Shown: positions 9,411 through 17,787, counted from the first letter of the stretch. The stretch is 20,000 bases of DNA from an uncultured virus (IMG/VR IMGVR_UViG_3300044491_001439) (IMGVR_UViG_3300044491_001439); one strand, 5' to 3'. Made by a program: numbers and translations. The notes: generated by a model from the sequence alone, not told the origin.

Positions 9411-10133
9411 CTAGTGTTGATCAGTACCATCGTTAAGAACAACAGTATGTTTTTGATAGTAAAAGTTAGCAGTTACCTTGGTGATCTGTGAAGTACCATA
9501 GGACAACGGAATAGAATCAATAGAATATGGATAAACATTTTCCAAGATGTAACTAATCGGTACTCGGGAGTTAGGAGCGGATCTACCCTTTTCAGTTTTG
9601 GTAATTTTTACCTTCTGACACATATATTGTTCAGGATATTTCAGTCGTATCGCTCTGGTTATTGGATTGGGTTGTGTATTCTTTACTGCCTCTAAATTAC
9701 TTTTCTCCTTATTGATAGGAGAATCATTTTGATTACCATCAAAGATATAGTTATGCCAACCCGTAATAAATTTGAGTGGTATCATATTAGCATCACACAT
9801 CCATGTGAGTGACAAATCACTGTAAAATCTGGCATATGGATAACTAATCTGACTTTCTCCCATAACTCTACCACTCAACTGTCCTACTGCTGCCTGTACA
9901 TTAGGAAGTTGTGCTTCATCACAAAGCATCTGAACTAATCCACCCATATTAGTTGCATTAGTGGACCCACCAATGCCTTCAATACCACATTTTTCTTTAA
10001 GGTAGTCGGTTAACCCTAACCCACTACCTTTTTTCTCATCCTTATTCGGAAGATTAAACTCAACATCATAACCATTAGAGAAGGACATCCCCCCCTGTTT
10101 AGCAATAGATTGTATGAAAGTATCTAATGACAC
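9411..10133 (-). CDS. Tail-tube-fold baseplate protein, gp54/gp19-like (likely GTG start at 10133)
   Basis: LCDEAQLPN...YPYAR.YSDLSLTW.CD...Y.LEN.YPYSIDSIPLSYG.SQ.TKVTANFYY is typical of tube-initiator proteins. The GTG start fits the late promoter at 10161-10168. Confidence 0.7.
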   Translation of the reverse strand: MSLDTFIQSIAKQGGMSFSNGYDVEFNLPNKDEKKGSGLGLTDYLKEKCGIEGIGGSTNATNMGGLVQMLCDEAQLPNVQAAVGQLSGRVMGESQISYPYARFYSDLSLTWMCDANMIPLKFITGWHNYIFDGNQNDSPINKEKSNLEAVKNTQPNPITRAIRLKYPEQYMCQKVKITKTEKGRSAPNSRVPISYILENVYPYSIDSIPLSYGTSQITKVTANFYYQKHTVVLNDGTDQH

Positions 10134-10168
10134 GCTAAATAAAAATAGTTGGTCCATCTATATTTAGC
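10134..10168. promoter_or_regulatory. Pair of face-to-face late promoters (GCTAAATA on each strand) serving divergent genes
   Basis: cac-GCTAAATA(10134-10141)...TATTTAGC(10161-10168)-atg, an exact 8-bp inverted repeat bounded by the two start codons. Confidence 0.7.
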
Positions 10169-10633
10169 ATGGCATATTCAGGCATTTATAAGCCAACTAA
10201 CCCACGGAAGTACAAAGGAAATCCAACCAGAATAATTTATCGCTCGCTATGGGAGCGTAAATTTATGTTCTTCTGTGATCATAATGGTAGCATCATCGAG
10301 TGGGGTAGTGAGGAAATAATTATTCCTTACAAGTGTCCTACTGACGGAAGAGTACATAGATATTATCCAGACTTTTACATCAAAGTAAAAGATAAGAGTG
10401 GTAAATATCAAAAGTATATTATTGAAGTGAAACCTAAAAAACAAACACAACCACCTAATGAAAAACCCAAACGCAAAACTGTCGCTTGGAAAAAAGAAGT
10501 CTTTACATTTATGAAGAACCGTGCCAAATGGGACGCTGCTGAAGACTTTTGTGAGGATAGACAGATGAAATTTTTAATCCTTACCGAAGATCATTTAGGA
10601 GTAGGAAGATCTAATGGCAAAAACAAAAAGTAA
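10169..10633 (+). CDS. gp4: Head completion nuclease gp4 (TnsA-N-like PD-(D/E)XK fold)
   Basis: YSG.YKP.NP.KYKGNPT.IIYRSLWERKFM..CD.N..I.EWGSEE..IPY...HRYYPDF...IEVKP...N.AKW.AA. Confidence 0.93.
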   Translation: MAYSGIYKPTNPRKYKGNPTRIIYRSLWERKFMFFCDHNGSIIEWGSEEIIIPYKCPTDGRVHRYYPDFYIKVKDKSGKYQKYIIEVKPKKQTQPPNEKPKRKTVAWKKEVFTFMKNRAKWDAAEDFCEDRQMKFLILTEDHLGVGRSNGKNKK

Positions 10634-11285
10634 AGGGTTCGGAGGAACTGCTAATACATATAAAACTATCTTTGAAAAAGTTAGTGATGCAACGAACGGA
10701 GAAAAAAAATCCGTGTCCTGGTATAGGGACAAGGTAAAGTCACTTTCATCTACATATAAAACAGAACCACAAAGAGTATTAGAAATCGAAAAACGTGATC
10801 GATATGATACTCAACAAGATGAAAATATTTTACGGACCACAGTAAGAGATGGTCACTTATATTTGTTTGAGTACGAAGCAAAAACAAAGAGTCTACCATA
10901 CTACGATAAGTTTCCATTAGTCTATGTAATAAAAGACTTTGGCAATGAATTTTATGGTGCTAATTTACATTACTTAAGACCCAAAGCAAGAGTTAAAGTA
11001 ATTCAGAAACTAGAACGTGGATTCATTGACCTACCCAAGATAATCATACATAAATATATAAAGACACATTGTAAAAGTCCTTTCTTGGATCTTGCTATAG
11101 ATGAGTGGGAGACATCTATCTTCTTACCTGTTGAAGACTTCGTTATTACAAAAGGATCTGGTAACATTGCATACGATAAAGAATCTGTATGGGATGAAAT
11201 TTCTAAAAAAGATCAGGATCGTATCAAAGCACAACGAGTTATCAAAGGTTATGGTAAACAGTCAGACAAGGAGATGGTACAGTAA
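10614..11285 (+). CDS. gp2: DNA end protector protein gp2
   Basis: GHLYLFEY.AKTK.LPYYDKFPLV...GANLHYL.P..R...HKY...W...FLPVEDF; adjacent to gp4. Confidence 0.88.
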   Translation: MAKTKSKGFGGTANTYKTIFEKVSDATNGEKKSVSWYRDKVKSLSSTYKTEPQRVLEIEKRDRYDTQQDENILRTTVRDGHLYLFEYEAKTKSLPYYDKFPLVYVIKDFGNEFYGANLHYLRPKARVKVIQKLERGFIDLPKIIIHKYIKTHCKSPFLDLAIDEWETSIFLPVEDFVITKGSGNIAYDKESVWDEISKKDQDRIKAQRVIKGYGKQSDKEMVQ

Positions 11286-12277
11286 TGGGTAGGTCCGAGC
11301 AAAAGAGAAAAGAAAGAGACGCTGCTGCTGCAAGAGCTGCTAAAAAACGTCAAGAGGAAGTGGCAGAAGCGGCTTCGGAAGCAGTAGCAGCAGTAAAAAA
11401 ACTTAAGCTTAAACCCTCTAAATTCGGCAGTTTAAATTTAGAATCTTCTACTTATAGATACCCATATAGTAACGCACGAATCGAAGGAGACACTGACTAC
11501 GTTACATTTGAATTCTTTAAATACAAGCCACCGTTTAAAACTGGAGGTGCGTCAGGTAACGCAGAAGAATATTCAGAATCTATAGATTTTAATGACAGCG
11601 AGAATATTTTAGGAGACAAATCTGGCAAGAATATTATAATGTATATGCCTGAAGATGTTCAGTCAGAATATGGTGCAAACTGGTCTGGTGCTGGTTTTGG
11701 GTTTCTTGCTGGTCGTTTGATGAAAGCAATGAGTGGAGACTTCAATTTAGGAGACACTATTACAGATCTTGGCGACGAGGCAAGAAAAAAAGCAGCAGAC
11801 TTCCTCGTAAGTAATGCTAACAAGGCATTAGGTTCTGGAGTGACTCTCAACCAAGCATTAGGAGGAATTGGTGGTACGATTGTGAATCCTAATGTAGAAA
11901 TGATGTATGAATCTCCAGAGATGAGAACATTTTCATTGACTTACAAAATGTTTGCGTCTAACGTAGAAGAAACAAATCAAATTCGTGCGATTTGCAACAC
12001 CTTTAAAAAAAATATACTTCCATCATTTGGAGGTGGTGCTTTTATTAATGTCCCAAATGTAGTACGGGTAACTTTTATGACAGGCAGCAGTCCGAATCCA
12101 TTTGTATCACAGTTTAAACCTTGTGCTATCACTAATGTATCCATTAACTATACACCTGATGGTTCATGGTCTTCATATGAAGGAGGAGCACCAGTTGCTA
12201 CTAACATAACAATCAACTTTGCAGAGTTGAAGATGCTGTTTGCAGAAGATATCACTATTGGAGCAGCGTCTTTCTAA
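11285..12277 (+). CDS. gp48: Baseplate tail tube cap gp48
   Basis: YRYP...DYV.F.F, I.MYMP, NPN.EM.Y.SP..RTFS..YK, FKPCAITNVS.NYTPDG, F.EL; followed by gp53. Confidence 0.88.
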   Translation: MGRSEQKRKERDAAAARAAKKRQEEVAEAASEAVAAVKKLKLKPSKFGSLNLESSTYRYPYSNARIEGDTDYVTFEFFKYKPPFKTGGASGNAEEYSESIDFNDSENILGDKSGKNIIMYMPEDVQSEYGANWSGAGFGFLAGRLMKAMSGDFNLGDTITDLGDEARKKAADFLVSNANKALGSGVTLNQALGGIGGTIVNPNVEMMYESPEMRTFSLTYKMFASNVEETNQIRAICNTFKKNILPSFGGGAFINVPNVVRVTFMTGSSPNPFVSQFKPCAITNVSINYTPDGSWSSYEGGAPVATNITINFAELKMLFAEDITIGAASF

Positions 12278-12957
12278 TGTACTTTAATCTCATTCCTAAC
12301 ATAGAATACGATACTAAACCTATCGGATATCCTTTTACAAGTTCAGACTTTGTAACTGCAAAGAATTTCTTCAGAAGATATGAAATAGTTCCGGAGATCT
12401 TTAGTTCTTCTGTTTACTACAACAAGTATGCAGTAGAAGATGGAGAAACTCCAGCAACTATTTCTAATGCTGCTTACGACACACCATTCTACGACTGGGT
12501 TGTGATACTTACCAACAATATTATTAACCCACTATTTGACTGGCCGATATCATCTTATGCTCTGCAAAAGTACTGCGAAAAGAAGTATGAGAATCCTTAT
12601 GCTCCACTATATTACAAGACCAGAGAAGTAAAAACTAATCAATCATTAACTGGTGATGCTACGCCCAGAAAAGTACCTGTTATTGTGTTGGAAGCGGGTT
12701 TAAAAGTAGATGAATCTTTTTATAATAAATCTTTCAACTATTGGGATGGAACTAATACTGTAACCGTTCCTGGTTCATCAGTATCATATCCAGTGAGTGC
12801 GTTTGATCATGAAGAAGATTTAAATAATAGTCACAGAGAAATCTACTTATTAAAATCAAGATACCTTACACAGTTTGTATCTGAATTTAGAAAAGAAAAT
12901 AACTATAAACAATCATCAGATTTTATTTCAAAACGTCTGAAGAAAACAGGGGTATAA
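12277..12957 (+). CDS. gp53: Baseplate wedge subunit gp53 (LysM-like)
   Basis: MYF..IPNI.Y...KNFFRR...Y.VEDGETP..IS...Y....YDWVV.LTNNI.NP.FDWP...E..LN...REIY.LK. Confidence 0.92.
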   Translation: MYFNLIPNIEYDTKPIGYPFTSSDFVTAKNFFRRYEIVPEIFSSSVYYNKYAVEDGETPATISNAAYDTPFYDWVVILTNNIINPLFDWPISSYALQKYCEKKYENPYAPLYYKTREVKTNQSLTGDATPRKVPVIVLEAGLKVDESFYNKSFNYWDGTNTVTVPGSSVSYPVSAFDHEEDLNNSHREIYLLKSRYLTQFVSEFRKENNYKQSSDFISKRLKKTGV

Positions 12958-12981
12958 AAAAAGGGGGTCATAGACCCCCTT
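12956..12981 (-). terminator. Rho-independent terminator downstream of gp32, between convergent gp53 and gp32
   Basis: Minus strand AAGGGGGTC-TAT-GACCCCCTT, with the 3' arm running into a 7-nt T tract. Confidence 0.85.
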
Positions 12982-12988
12982 CGCTGTA

Positions 12989-13882
12989 TCATTCTTCAGC
13001 AAGTTTTTGGAAGTAAGATAGAGCATCGTCATCATCAGTAGATGATGCGGTGATATCTGGTGAGTTGAAATCATTACTACCAATAGTAGTGGTAGCAACT
13101 GGTTCAAACTCTTCTTCCTGTTGTTCTTGTGCTACTGCACGAGGAGTCGAAAGACCAAGCACAGCATTCAAACGGTTCTCAATAGCTCCATACTCTTTGA
13201 ACTCGCTAGAAGCAGTGAATGCTTCCAGACTGTATGCTTGCTTCCACAATGATTCCATCTCGTCATCATCAGTAGAGAGTGCAGCAGGTGCAGTGAACTC
13301 CGAAGCATCATAGTTCCAGTAACCAGCAATGGTACGGATCTTCAGCTTGAAGTTAGCACCTTCCCAAAAGTCAAATACATTTACAGGAGATTCGTCTTGG
13401 AATTCAGGTTGCATAGCACCGATGATCTTATCATGAATCTTCTTGCCATACTTATAAAGAAATACTTTACCTTCATTTTCAGGGTGCTTGGGGTCACTCA
13501 CAACCAGAACGTTGGAATAGTATTCCAGTTTACGCTTCTGTTTACGAGCAACATCTTTGTCACTCTCAACCCCACTGTTCCACAACTTGTTATTGTGAGC
13601 ACAGACGGGACACTGATCACCATTAGTAGTGAGACAGTTTTCAATCAACCAACCGCCTGGTCCTTGGAAGGCGTGACGGTATAGTTTCGCCCAGGGAAGG
13701 GTTTCCCCTTCAGGAGCGGGAAGGAAACGCAATACTGCATAACCGTTACCGCTAGCGTCAAGTTCGGGCTTCCAGAGACGTTCATCGGCACCACCAGAGG
13801 AAGTGCTGGATTTAGTGAGTTCCTTTTGAAGGAAGTCAAAGTTGGTCTGGGACTTGCGCTTAAGTTCTGCGAAATTAGACAT
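12989..13882 (-). CDS. gp32: Single-stranded DNA-binding protein gp32
   Basis: DERLWKPELD.SGNGYAVLRFLP, H.FQGPGGW.IENCLTT..CPVC, YKYGKKI.DKI, FDFWEGANFKLKI and acidic tail DDDDALSYFQKLAEE. Confidence 0.97.
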   Translation of the reverse strand: MSNFAELKRKSQTNFDFLQKELTKSSTSSGGADERLWKPELDASGNGYAVLRFLPAPEGETLPWAKLYRHAFQGPGGWLIENCLTTNGDQCPVCAHNNKLWNSGVESDKDVARKQKRKLEYYSNVLVVSDPKHPENEGKVFLYKYGKKIHDKIIGAMQPEFQDESPVNVFDFWEGANFKLKIRTIAGYWNYDASEFTAPAALSTDDDEMESLWKQAYSLEAFTASSEFKEYGAIENRLNAVLGLSTPRAVAQEQQEEEFEPVATTTIGSNDFNSPDITASSTDDDDALSYFQKLAEE

Positions 13883-13924
13883 GGATGTTTAGGATAGTTC
13901 GGATTTGGCTTGTATGATCAGGAG

Positions 13925-13966
13925 AGAGCGTATGCTTTAGAGCGTATTCTTTAGAGCGTATGCTTT
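13925..13966. repeat. Tandem repeat, 3 x 14 bp (AGAGCGTATGCTTT; one mismatch in the middle copy)
   Basis: agagcgtatgcttt / agagcgtattcttt / agagcgtatgcttt read directly from the sequence. Confidence 0.95.
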
Positions 13967-14167
13967 CTCGATCACAGATGTGTAGTCTTTCTTACAGATA
14001 GGGAACAGAATTGATCCCATACCCATCATCTCCATGAGCTTATCAAGAACACTAGCACAGTAACCACGTTCGGTTACAGTAGCTTCGGTAACTTGAAACT
14101 TACGTACCAAGTCGTAAAGCTCTTCAGTTTCGTCCATAGAAAGACTGGACAGATCGAATGTTTTCAT
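13937..14167 (-). CDS. Hypothetical protein (76 aa) between a sigma70-type promoter and gp32
   Basis: ATG start about 40 nt after a near-consensus promoter, same strand as neighbours; family not recognised. Confidence 0.7.
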   Translation of the reverse strand: MKTFDLSSLSMDETEELYDLVRKFQVTEATVTERGYCASVLDKLMEMMGMGSILFPICKKDYTSVIEKAYALKNTL

Positions 14168-14208
14168 GATGTTTCTGTTCTGTTTACGTGACCCCGCGTC
14201 ACCAACGT

Positions 14209-14237
14209 ATTATAACACAGGCAGAAGGAGGGGTCAA
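14209..14237 (-). promoter_or_regulatory. Sigma70-type early promoter TTGACC-N17-TATAAT
   Basis: -35 at 14237-14232, -10 at 14214-14209, with TG in the extended -10 position. Confidence 0.85.
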
Positions 14238-14581
14238 GACCCTTCTGCCTCTAATGCTTTCTTCATCATCTCAACTTTGCTGATGAGATCATCAAAGATC
14301 ACGTTCGCGTCCTCATGTTCGCTGGCACCATACATCATAGCAGCCTGCTTAATGCTGTCTGCCATGTCTTGTGCCTCTTGGTTATCTGGTCCACTCAACT
14401 TGAGTCGGGCGTAGAAAACCTTCTGCTTTTCGATCATCTCTTGGAGCACGTTGAAGTATTCCATCTTCTTTTCAGGAGACAGTGCAGGGAATACCACCAT
14501 CGATTTCATGCAATACTCTTGCATCTTTGCAAGTTCTTGTAGGTCTCCCTGGACCATTTCAGATGTAAAGAAGTCACTCAT
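14234..14581 (-). CDS. DUF1825-like cyanobacterial/cyanophage protein (115 aa)
   Basis: MSDFF.SEMVQ..L.E...Q...EKQK.FY.RL.LS..D.EA..M; usual position upstream of gp32. Confidence 0.75.
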   Translation of the reverse strand: MSDFFTSEMVQGDLQELAKMQEYCMKSMVVFPALSPEKKMEYFNVLQEMIEKQKVFYARLKLSGPDNQEAQDMADSIKQAAMMYGASEHEDANVIFDDLISKVEMMKKALEAEGS

Positions 14582-14823
14582 ACCAACAATAGTTTAGCTC
14601 TACTAGTTTTCTTGATGTAGTTTAGTTTTTGTGCGTCGTACTTTAACTTTTCTTTTAGAGGTTTGCTAATCAGTTTAGATACTGATTCGATTTCAATCTC
14701 ATTTGTTTCACAGTAATGAACAATCGCATCAATATAATTCATATTGTTTTCGTATGCAATTTTTTCAACATCCTGCGAGAATTTCGCAGTTGTCATAAAT
14801 TTATCCTCCAGTTTTTCTAGCAT
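14578..14823 (-). CDS. gp33: Late transcription coactivator gp33 (alternative start at 14796 after GGAGG)
   Basis: KFSQDVE......MNYIDAIVHYCE.NEIE.ESV.KLISKPLKEKLK.DA..LN..K.TSRAKL. Confidence 0.92.
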   Translation of the reverse strand: MLEKLEDKFMTTAKFSQDVEKIAYENNMNYIDAIVHYCETNEIEIESVSKLISKPLKEKLKYDAQKLNYIKKTSRAKLLLV

Positions 14824-15496
14824 GTTTTTCTTGATACTCCTTGATATATGCTTGCAATGATAAAAGATATTCTTTTTTTGGCGGAACAACACTTACTTGA
14901 GTGTCACCATTCTCACAAGCAACAATCGTCACTAATTTCTTTACAGTCAACCCGTACACTTCACGCAACATACATGCGTATCCACATTCTTGCACGTAGT
15001 AATCGTAAAGATATCGTTCTCTTTTTGGTTCTGCTGCTGTCTTAAAGTCGATGATAGCCAGTTCCCCTTTATACTCTGCAATGCAGTCCACTCGTCCTGC
15101 AATTTGTAAATAATCAGAGTATAACGCTGCCTCTTGTAAGTATACCCTATTTATATTATCTAGTTCTTTACGAGAAGAGTGGAACATTGTCCACGGCAGT
15201 GGCATATCTTTGTACTTTTTTGTATCAAGTTCGTTGTTGATGTAGTCTTCAACGAGTTTATGATATCGTGTACCTCTACCAGCAGCACGAGAAGTCTTTG
15301 CTTGTGCTGCTTCTTTACCGACTCTTGCTCTCCACTTGGCAAGACCTGCTTGCTTTGCAGAATTGTTACTGATCACAGTAGTGATTGATGGGTACTGCCC
15401 ACCGGTTGGGGTAAGGTAGTAACGTTTACCATCAATCATCTCTGCGTTCATTTCAATCGGTATGATACCATCTACATGATTAAAGATATGCATCAC
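14801..15496 (-). CDS. PD-(D/E)XK exonuclease (T4-like exonuclease A, Cas4/RecB-like)
   Basis: RYY.TP.G..YPSITTV...WR.RVG...RGT..H...E..LYS....AGRVDCIAEY.GELAIIDFKT...Y.VQ...Y. Confidence 0.88.
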   Translation of the reverse strand: MMHIFNHVDGIIPIEMNAEMIDGKRYYLTPTGGQYPSITTVISNNSAKQAGLAKWRARVGKEAAQAKTSRAAGRGTRYHKLVEDYINNELDTKKYKDMPLPWTMFHSSRKELDNINRVYLQEAALYSDYLQIAGRVDCIAEYKGELAIIDFKTAAEPKRERYLYDYYVQECGYACMLREVYGLTVKKLVTIVACENGDTQVSVVPPKKEYLLSLQAYIKEYQEKHARKTGG

Positions 15497-16245
15497 AGAC
15501 CCAGGTTAAGTTTACTAATCAAGTAAGACTTAACGAGACCCGAACGAACAATATCTTCAATACCATACTCAACCATAGAGAACTCTTTCATGTTCTCAAG
15601 GATTTTTTGGAAGTCAATGATACCTGTACGCTCATTAGATTTCTGCAAGTCAGACTGTCTTGCATCACCACAGAACATGATCTTTGTATCTTGACCACAA
15701 CGTGTCATGATTGAATCAAGTTCGTGGAAGTTGAGGTTCTGACACTCATCGATAATAACAATAGCATTATCAAGTGTAGTACCGCGCAAGAATGATGTGG
15801 ACCAGAACGATACTGTCTCTTGTGCTTTCAGATTCTCATACAACATCTCGAATGATGCATCATCAGGCATCTCGAACATGTATTTTACCATATTCTTGTA
15901 TGGAATCTGGTAAAGAGATGCTTTATCTTCATGTGTACCAGGAAGAAAACCAATCTCCCTTGTAGCAACTAATGATCTAACGATATACACCTTATCATAT
16001 GGTGTATACTCATGCAATACATCACGAAGAGCTAGATACAAAGCAACAAATGTTTTGCCTGTACCAGCACACCCATAAGCAAAGATGTTTTGTCCTTTAT
16101 CATACTCCTCAAACATAATCTTTTGATTATCTGTTAGAGGTTCTACAGGTAACAGATAAGAAGAATCAATAGGTTTCTTCCTCTTCATCTGTTTGTTTGA
16201 CATACCATTGATGTCAGGTTGATTACGCTTTCTAGATCTTGGCAT
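15493..16245 (-). CDS. phoH: PhoH-family ATPase
   Basis: Walker A GCAGTGKT, REIGFLPG, FLRGTTLDNA..IIDECQN, GD..QSDL, DIVRSGLV. Confidence 0.96.
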   Translation of the reverse strand: MPRSRKRNQPDINGMSNKQMKRKKPIDSSYLLPVEPLTDNQKIMFEEYDKGQNIFAYGCAGTGKTFVALYLALRDVLHEYTPYDKVYIVRSLVATREIGFLPGTHEDKASLYQIPYKNMVKYMFEMPDDASFEMLYENLKAQETVSFWSTSFLRGTTLDNAIVIIDECQNLNFHELDSIMTRCGQDTKIMFCGDARQSDLQKSNERTGIIDFQKILENMKEFSMVEYGIEDIVRSGLVKSYLISKLNLGL

Positions 16246-16247
16246 AG

Positions 16248-16487
16248 TTACCACTCAATAGTTGAACCACGGACTTTAGATGCACGAGTCATGATATCGT
16301 TCCATCCAGGATGAGTCTTACTCATCTTATGTTTCCATTCACCGACTTCTTGGGCAGAAGCACATCCTGCTGACCAGTCTTTATCCCACTCGGGATTTTC
16401 TTCTCGCCACTTTGAATACTCGATCATGGACATAGAGAGTTCTTTAGTCTCTCCAGTCTCTTTATGTTTAACAGGATATGTAGGCAT
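16248..16487 (-). CDS. Conserved T4-like phage hypothetical protein with FmdB-like MPTY N-terminus (79 aa)
   Basis: MPTYPVKHKETGE...W..ENP.W...GW..I...K..GS; usual position upstream of phoH. Confidence 0.75.
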   Translation of the reverse strand: MPTYPVKHKETGETKELSMSMIEYSKWREENPEWDKDWSAGCASAQEVGEWKHKMSKTHPGWNDIMTRASKVRGSTIEW

Positions 16488-16702
16488 TATTCTTCCTCTT
16501 GGGTCTTTTTATTGAATCCGAATGGACCGATTTTATTTTTAACTCGTTCTTTAATAACTTGTGCGCTTAATGCTTCCATGACTTTCAAAACATCTTCTGC
16601 TTTATTAGGTCCTGGTCCCATACGTTCTACAACGTAGTTATATTTACCAAAGAACTCTTCGGATACATTTTTGTAATCATCTACTGTGATTGGTTCATTC
16701 AT
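16487..16702 (-). CDS. Hypothetical protein (about 71 aa)
   Basis: Coupled to both neighbours (ATGA overlap with the thyX stop, TAATG with the next gene); C-terminal GPFGF. Confidence 0.7.
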   Translation of the reverse strand: MNEPITVDDYKNVSEEFFGKYNYVVERMGPGPNKAEDVLKVMEALSAQVIKERVKNKIGPFGFNKKTQEEE

Positions 16703-17334
16703 TGCCATTCTAATGCCGCTGATACGGTTGGAAATTGTTCAATAAAAACTTGCTTACATTCATTAGCGATATCCATATGCTCTTTCTGTGTGCCATTAGC
16801 AGAACGCAGTTGGATATAATGGATCCATGAGCGACATGAGCCACTCATGTATAATTTTGTGGGTACGGCAAGGGGAAGCACAAAACGAGCACACTCCTTT
16901 GCAATACCATACTCAAGCATCTCTTGATAGAGTTTCATTCCTTCTTCAAAGTGCCGCTGCATTTTGATCTGAAACTCTTGACGGATAAACGGGTCAACAT
17001 TATCAATAGAGTTTTGACGATTCTTTGTGTCTTGCCTACGAAGTTCTGGAAGTGGAATAGTTTCTGCCAACATAGAACTATCAGCATACCTTTGAGAGAA
17101 CTCTTGATATGTGAATGATCTATGTCTCAAAATTTGAGCTGCCAGTCCCCTGGTAGTCTCGATCTCAAGAGTCATGAATGCTTGCTCAAAAACAGACCAG
17201 TGTTGATGATTGACACAGTATTTAAGCAGACCAGAGACTTTAGGATTCTCCTGGTTGTTCGGGTTGCTGACTCTCGCTACGTACCCCATCATCTTCTCTG
17301 CTTCTGGGGTCACTGAAATCAGTTTTACGCTCAT
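16699..17334 (-). CDS. thyX: Flavin-dependent thymidylate synthase ThyX
   Basis: HWSVFEQA, ThyX signature RHRSFTYQEFSQRY, KECARFVLP, RSW.HY..LR....TQKEH. Confidence 0.97.
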   Translation of the reverse strand: MSVKLISVTPEAEKMMGYVARVSNPNNQENPKVSGLLKYCVNHQHWSVFEQAFMTLEIETTRGLAAQILRHRSFTYQEFSQRYADSSMLAETIPLPELRRQDTKNRQNSIDNVDPFIRQEFQIKMQRHFEEGMKLYQEMLEYGIAKECARFVLPLAVPTKLYMSGSCRSWIHYIQLRSANGTQKEHMDIANECKQVFIEQFPTVSAALEWQ

Positions 17335-17479
17335 AACCAAATCCTTTTCTCTTGATAGTTTGTTTTTGTAGTGCTTCCTTTAGAAGTTGATCTGTATAGA
17401 TACCAACAAGATTGTTAATATCTTCTCCGCTCTTGACTGCTCTAGTAAGTGCTTTTTTAATAAGTCTAGATCTTTTCAT
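17240..17479 (-). CDS. Small basic hypothetical protein with a KGFG motif; 3' end overlaps thyX
   Basis: ATG just after a TGnTATAAT element; MKRSRLIKKAL...KRKGFG. The last ~30 codons overlap thyX in another frame. Confidence 0.6.
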   Translation of the reverse strand: MKRSRLIKKALTRAVKSGEDINNLVGIYTDQLLKEALQKQTIKRKGFGYERKTDFSDPRSREDDGVRSESQQPEQPGES

Positions 17480-17484
17480 AAGTT

Positions 17485-17493
17485 ATTATAACA
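17485..17493 (-). promoter_or_regulatory. Extended -10 promoter (TGTTATAAT), possibly giving a near-leaderless mRNA
   Basis: TGtTATAAT ends 5 nt before the ATG at 17479 and lies just downstream of a terminator; the -35 (TATACA) is weak. Confidence 0.55.
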
Positions 17494-17531
17494 CATTTTT
17501 ATTCTTTTGTATACCTTTAGTATTTTAGCAT

Positions 17532-17556
17532 AAAAAAGAGGGGTAACAACCCCTCT
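17532..17556 (-). terminator. Rho-independent terminator after the DUF4278-like gene
   Basis: Minus strand AGAGGGG-TTGTTA-CCCCTCT running into a T tract. Confidence 0.85.
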
Positions 17557-17573
17557 GATTATTTACAAGTAGA

Positions 17574-17741
17574 TCACTTACTGTATGTACGTCCACGATA
17601 ACAGAATGTACCGTGTGTTTCTTTCGATTCGACACATCGTGTATCATACTCAACACCACGATATGTGGCGTGACTGATCTGTGCGTCGTGAAGTGCAGAT
17701 GCCTTGTTGATCTGCTTCTTGATCATTTGCAGTGTGTTCAT
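17574..17741 (-). CDS. DUF4278-like small protein (55 aa, two YRG motifs)
   Basis: MNTLQMIKKQINKASALHDAQISHATYRGVEY...FCYRGRTYSK with an AGGAG Shine-Dalgarno. YRG..Y motifs are characteristic of DUF4278, a family known to follow glutamine riboswitches. Confidence 0.75.
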   Translation of the reverse strand: MNTLQMIKKQINKASALHDAQISHATYRGVEYDTRCVESKETHGTFCYRGRTYSK

Positions 17742-17787
17742 GAGTCTTCTCCTGAAGTTGGGGTGAGGTTTTAAGTCTCCCGTTCCT

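Noticed and set aside
10169..10633. TnsA-like nuclease as evidence of a Tn7-type transposon
   Set aside because: Sequence and synteny identify it as gp4; no other transposition genes or ends are present.
13925..15496. Possible mini-CRISPR array with a Cas4-like nuclease
   Set aside because: The repeats are 14 bp, directly adjacent and have no spacers. The nuclease is the standard T4-like exonuclease in its usual phoH-exo-gp33 context.
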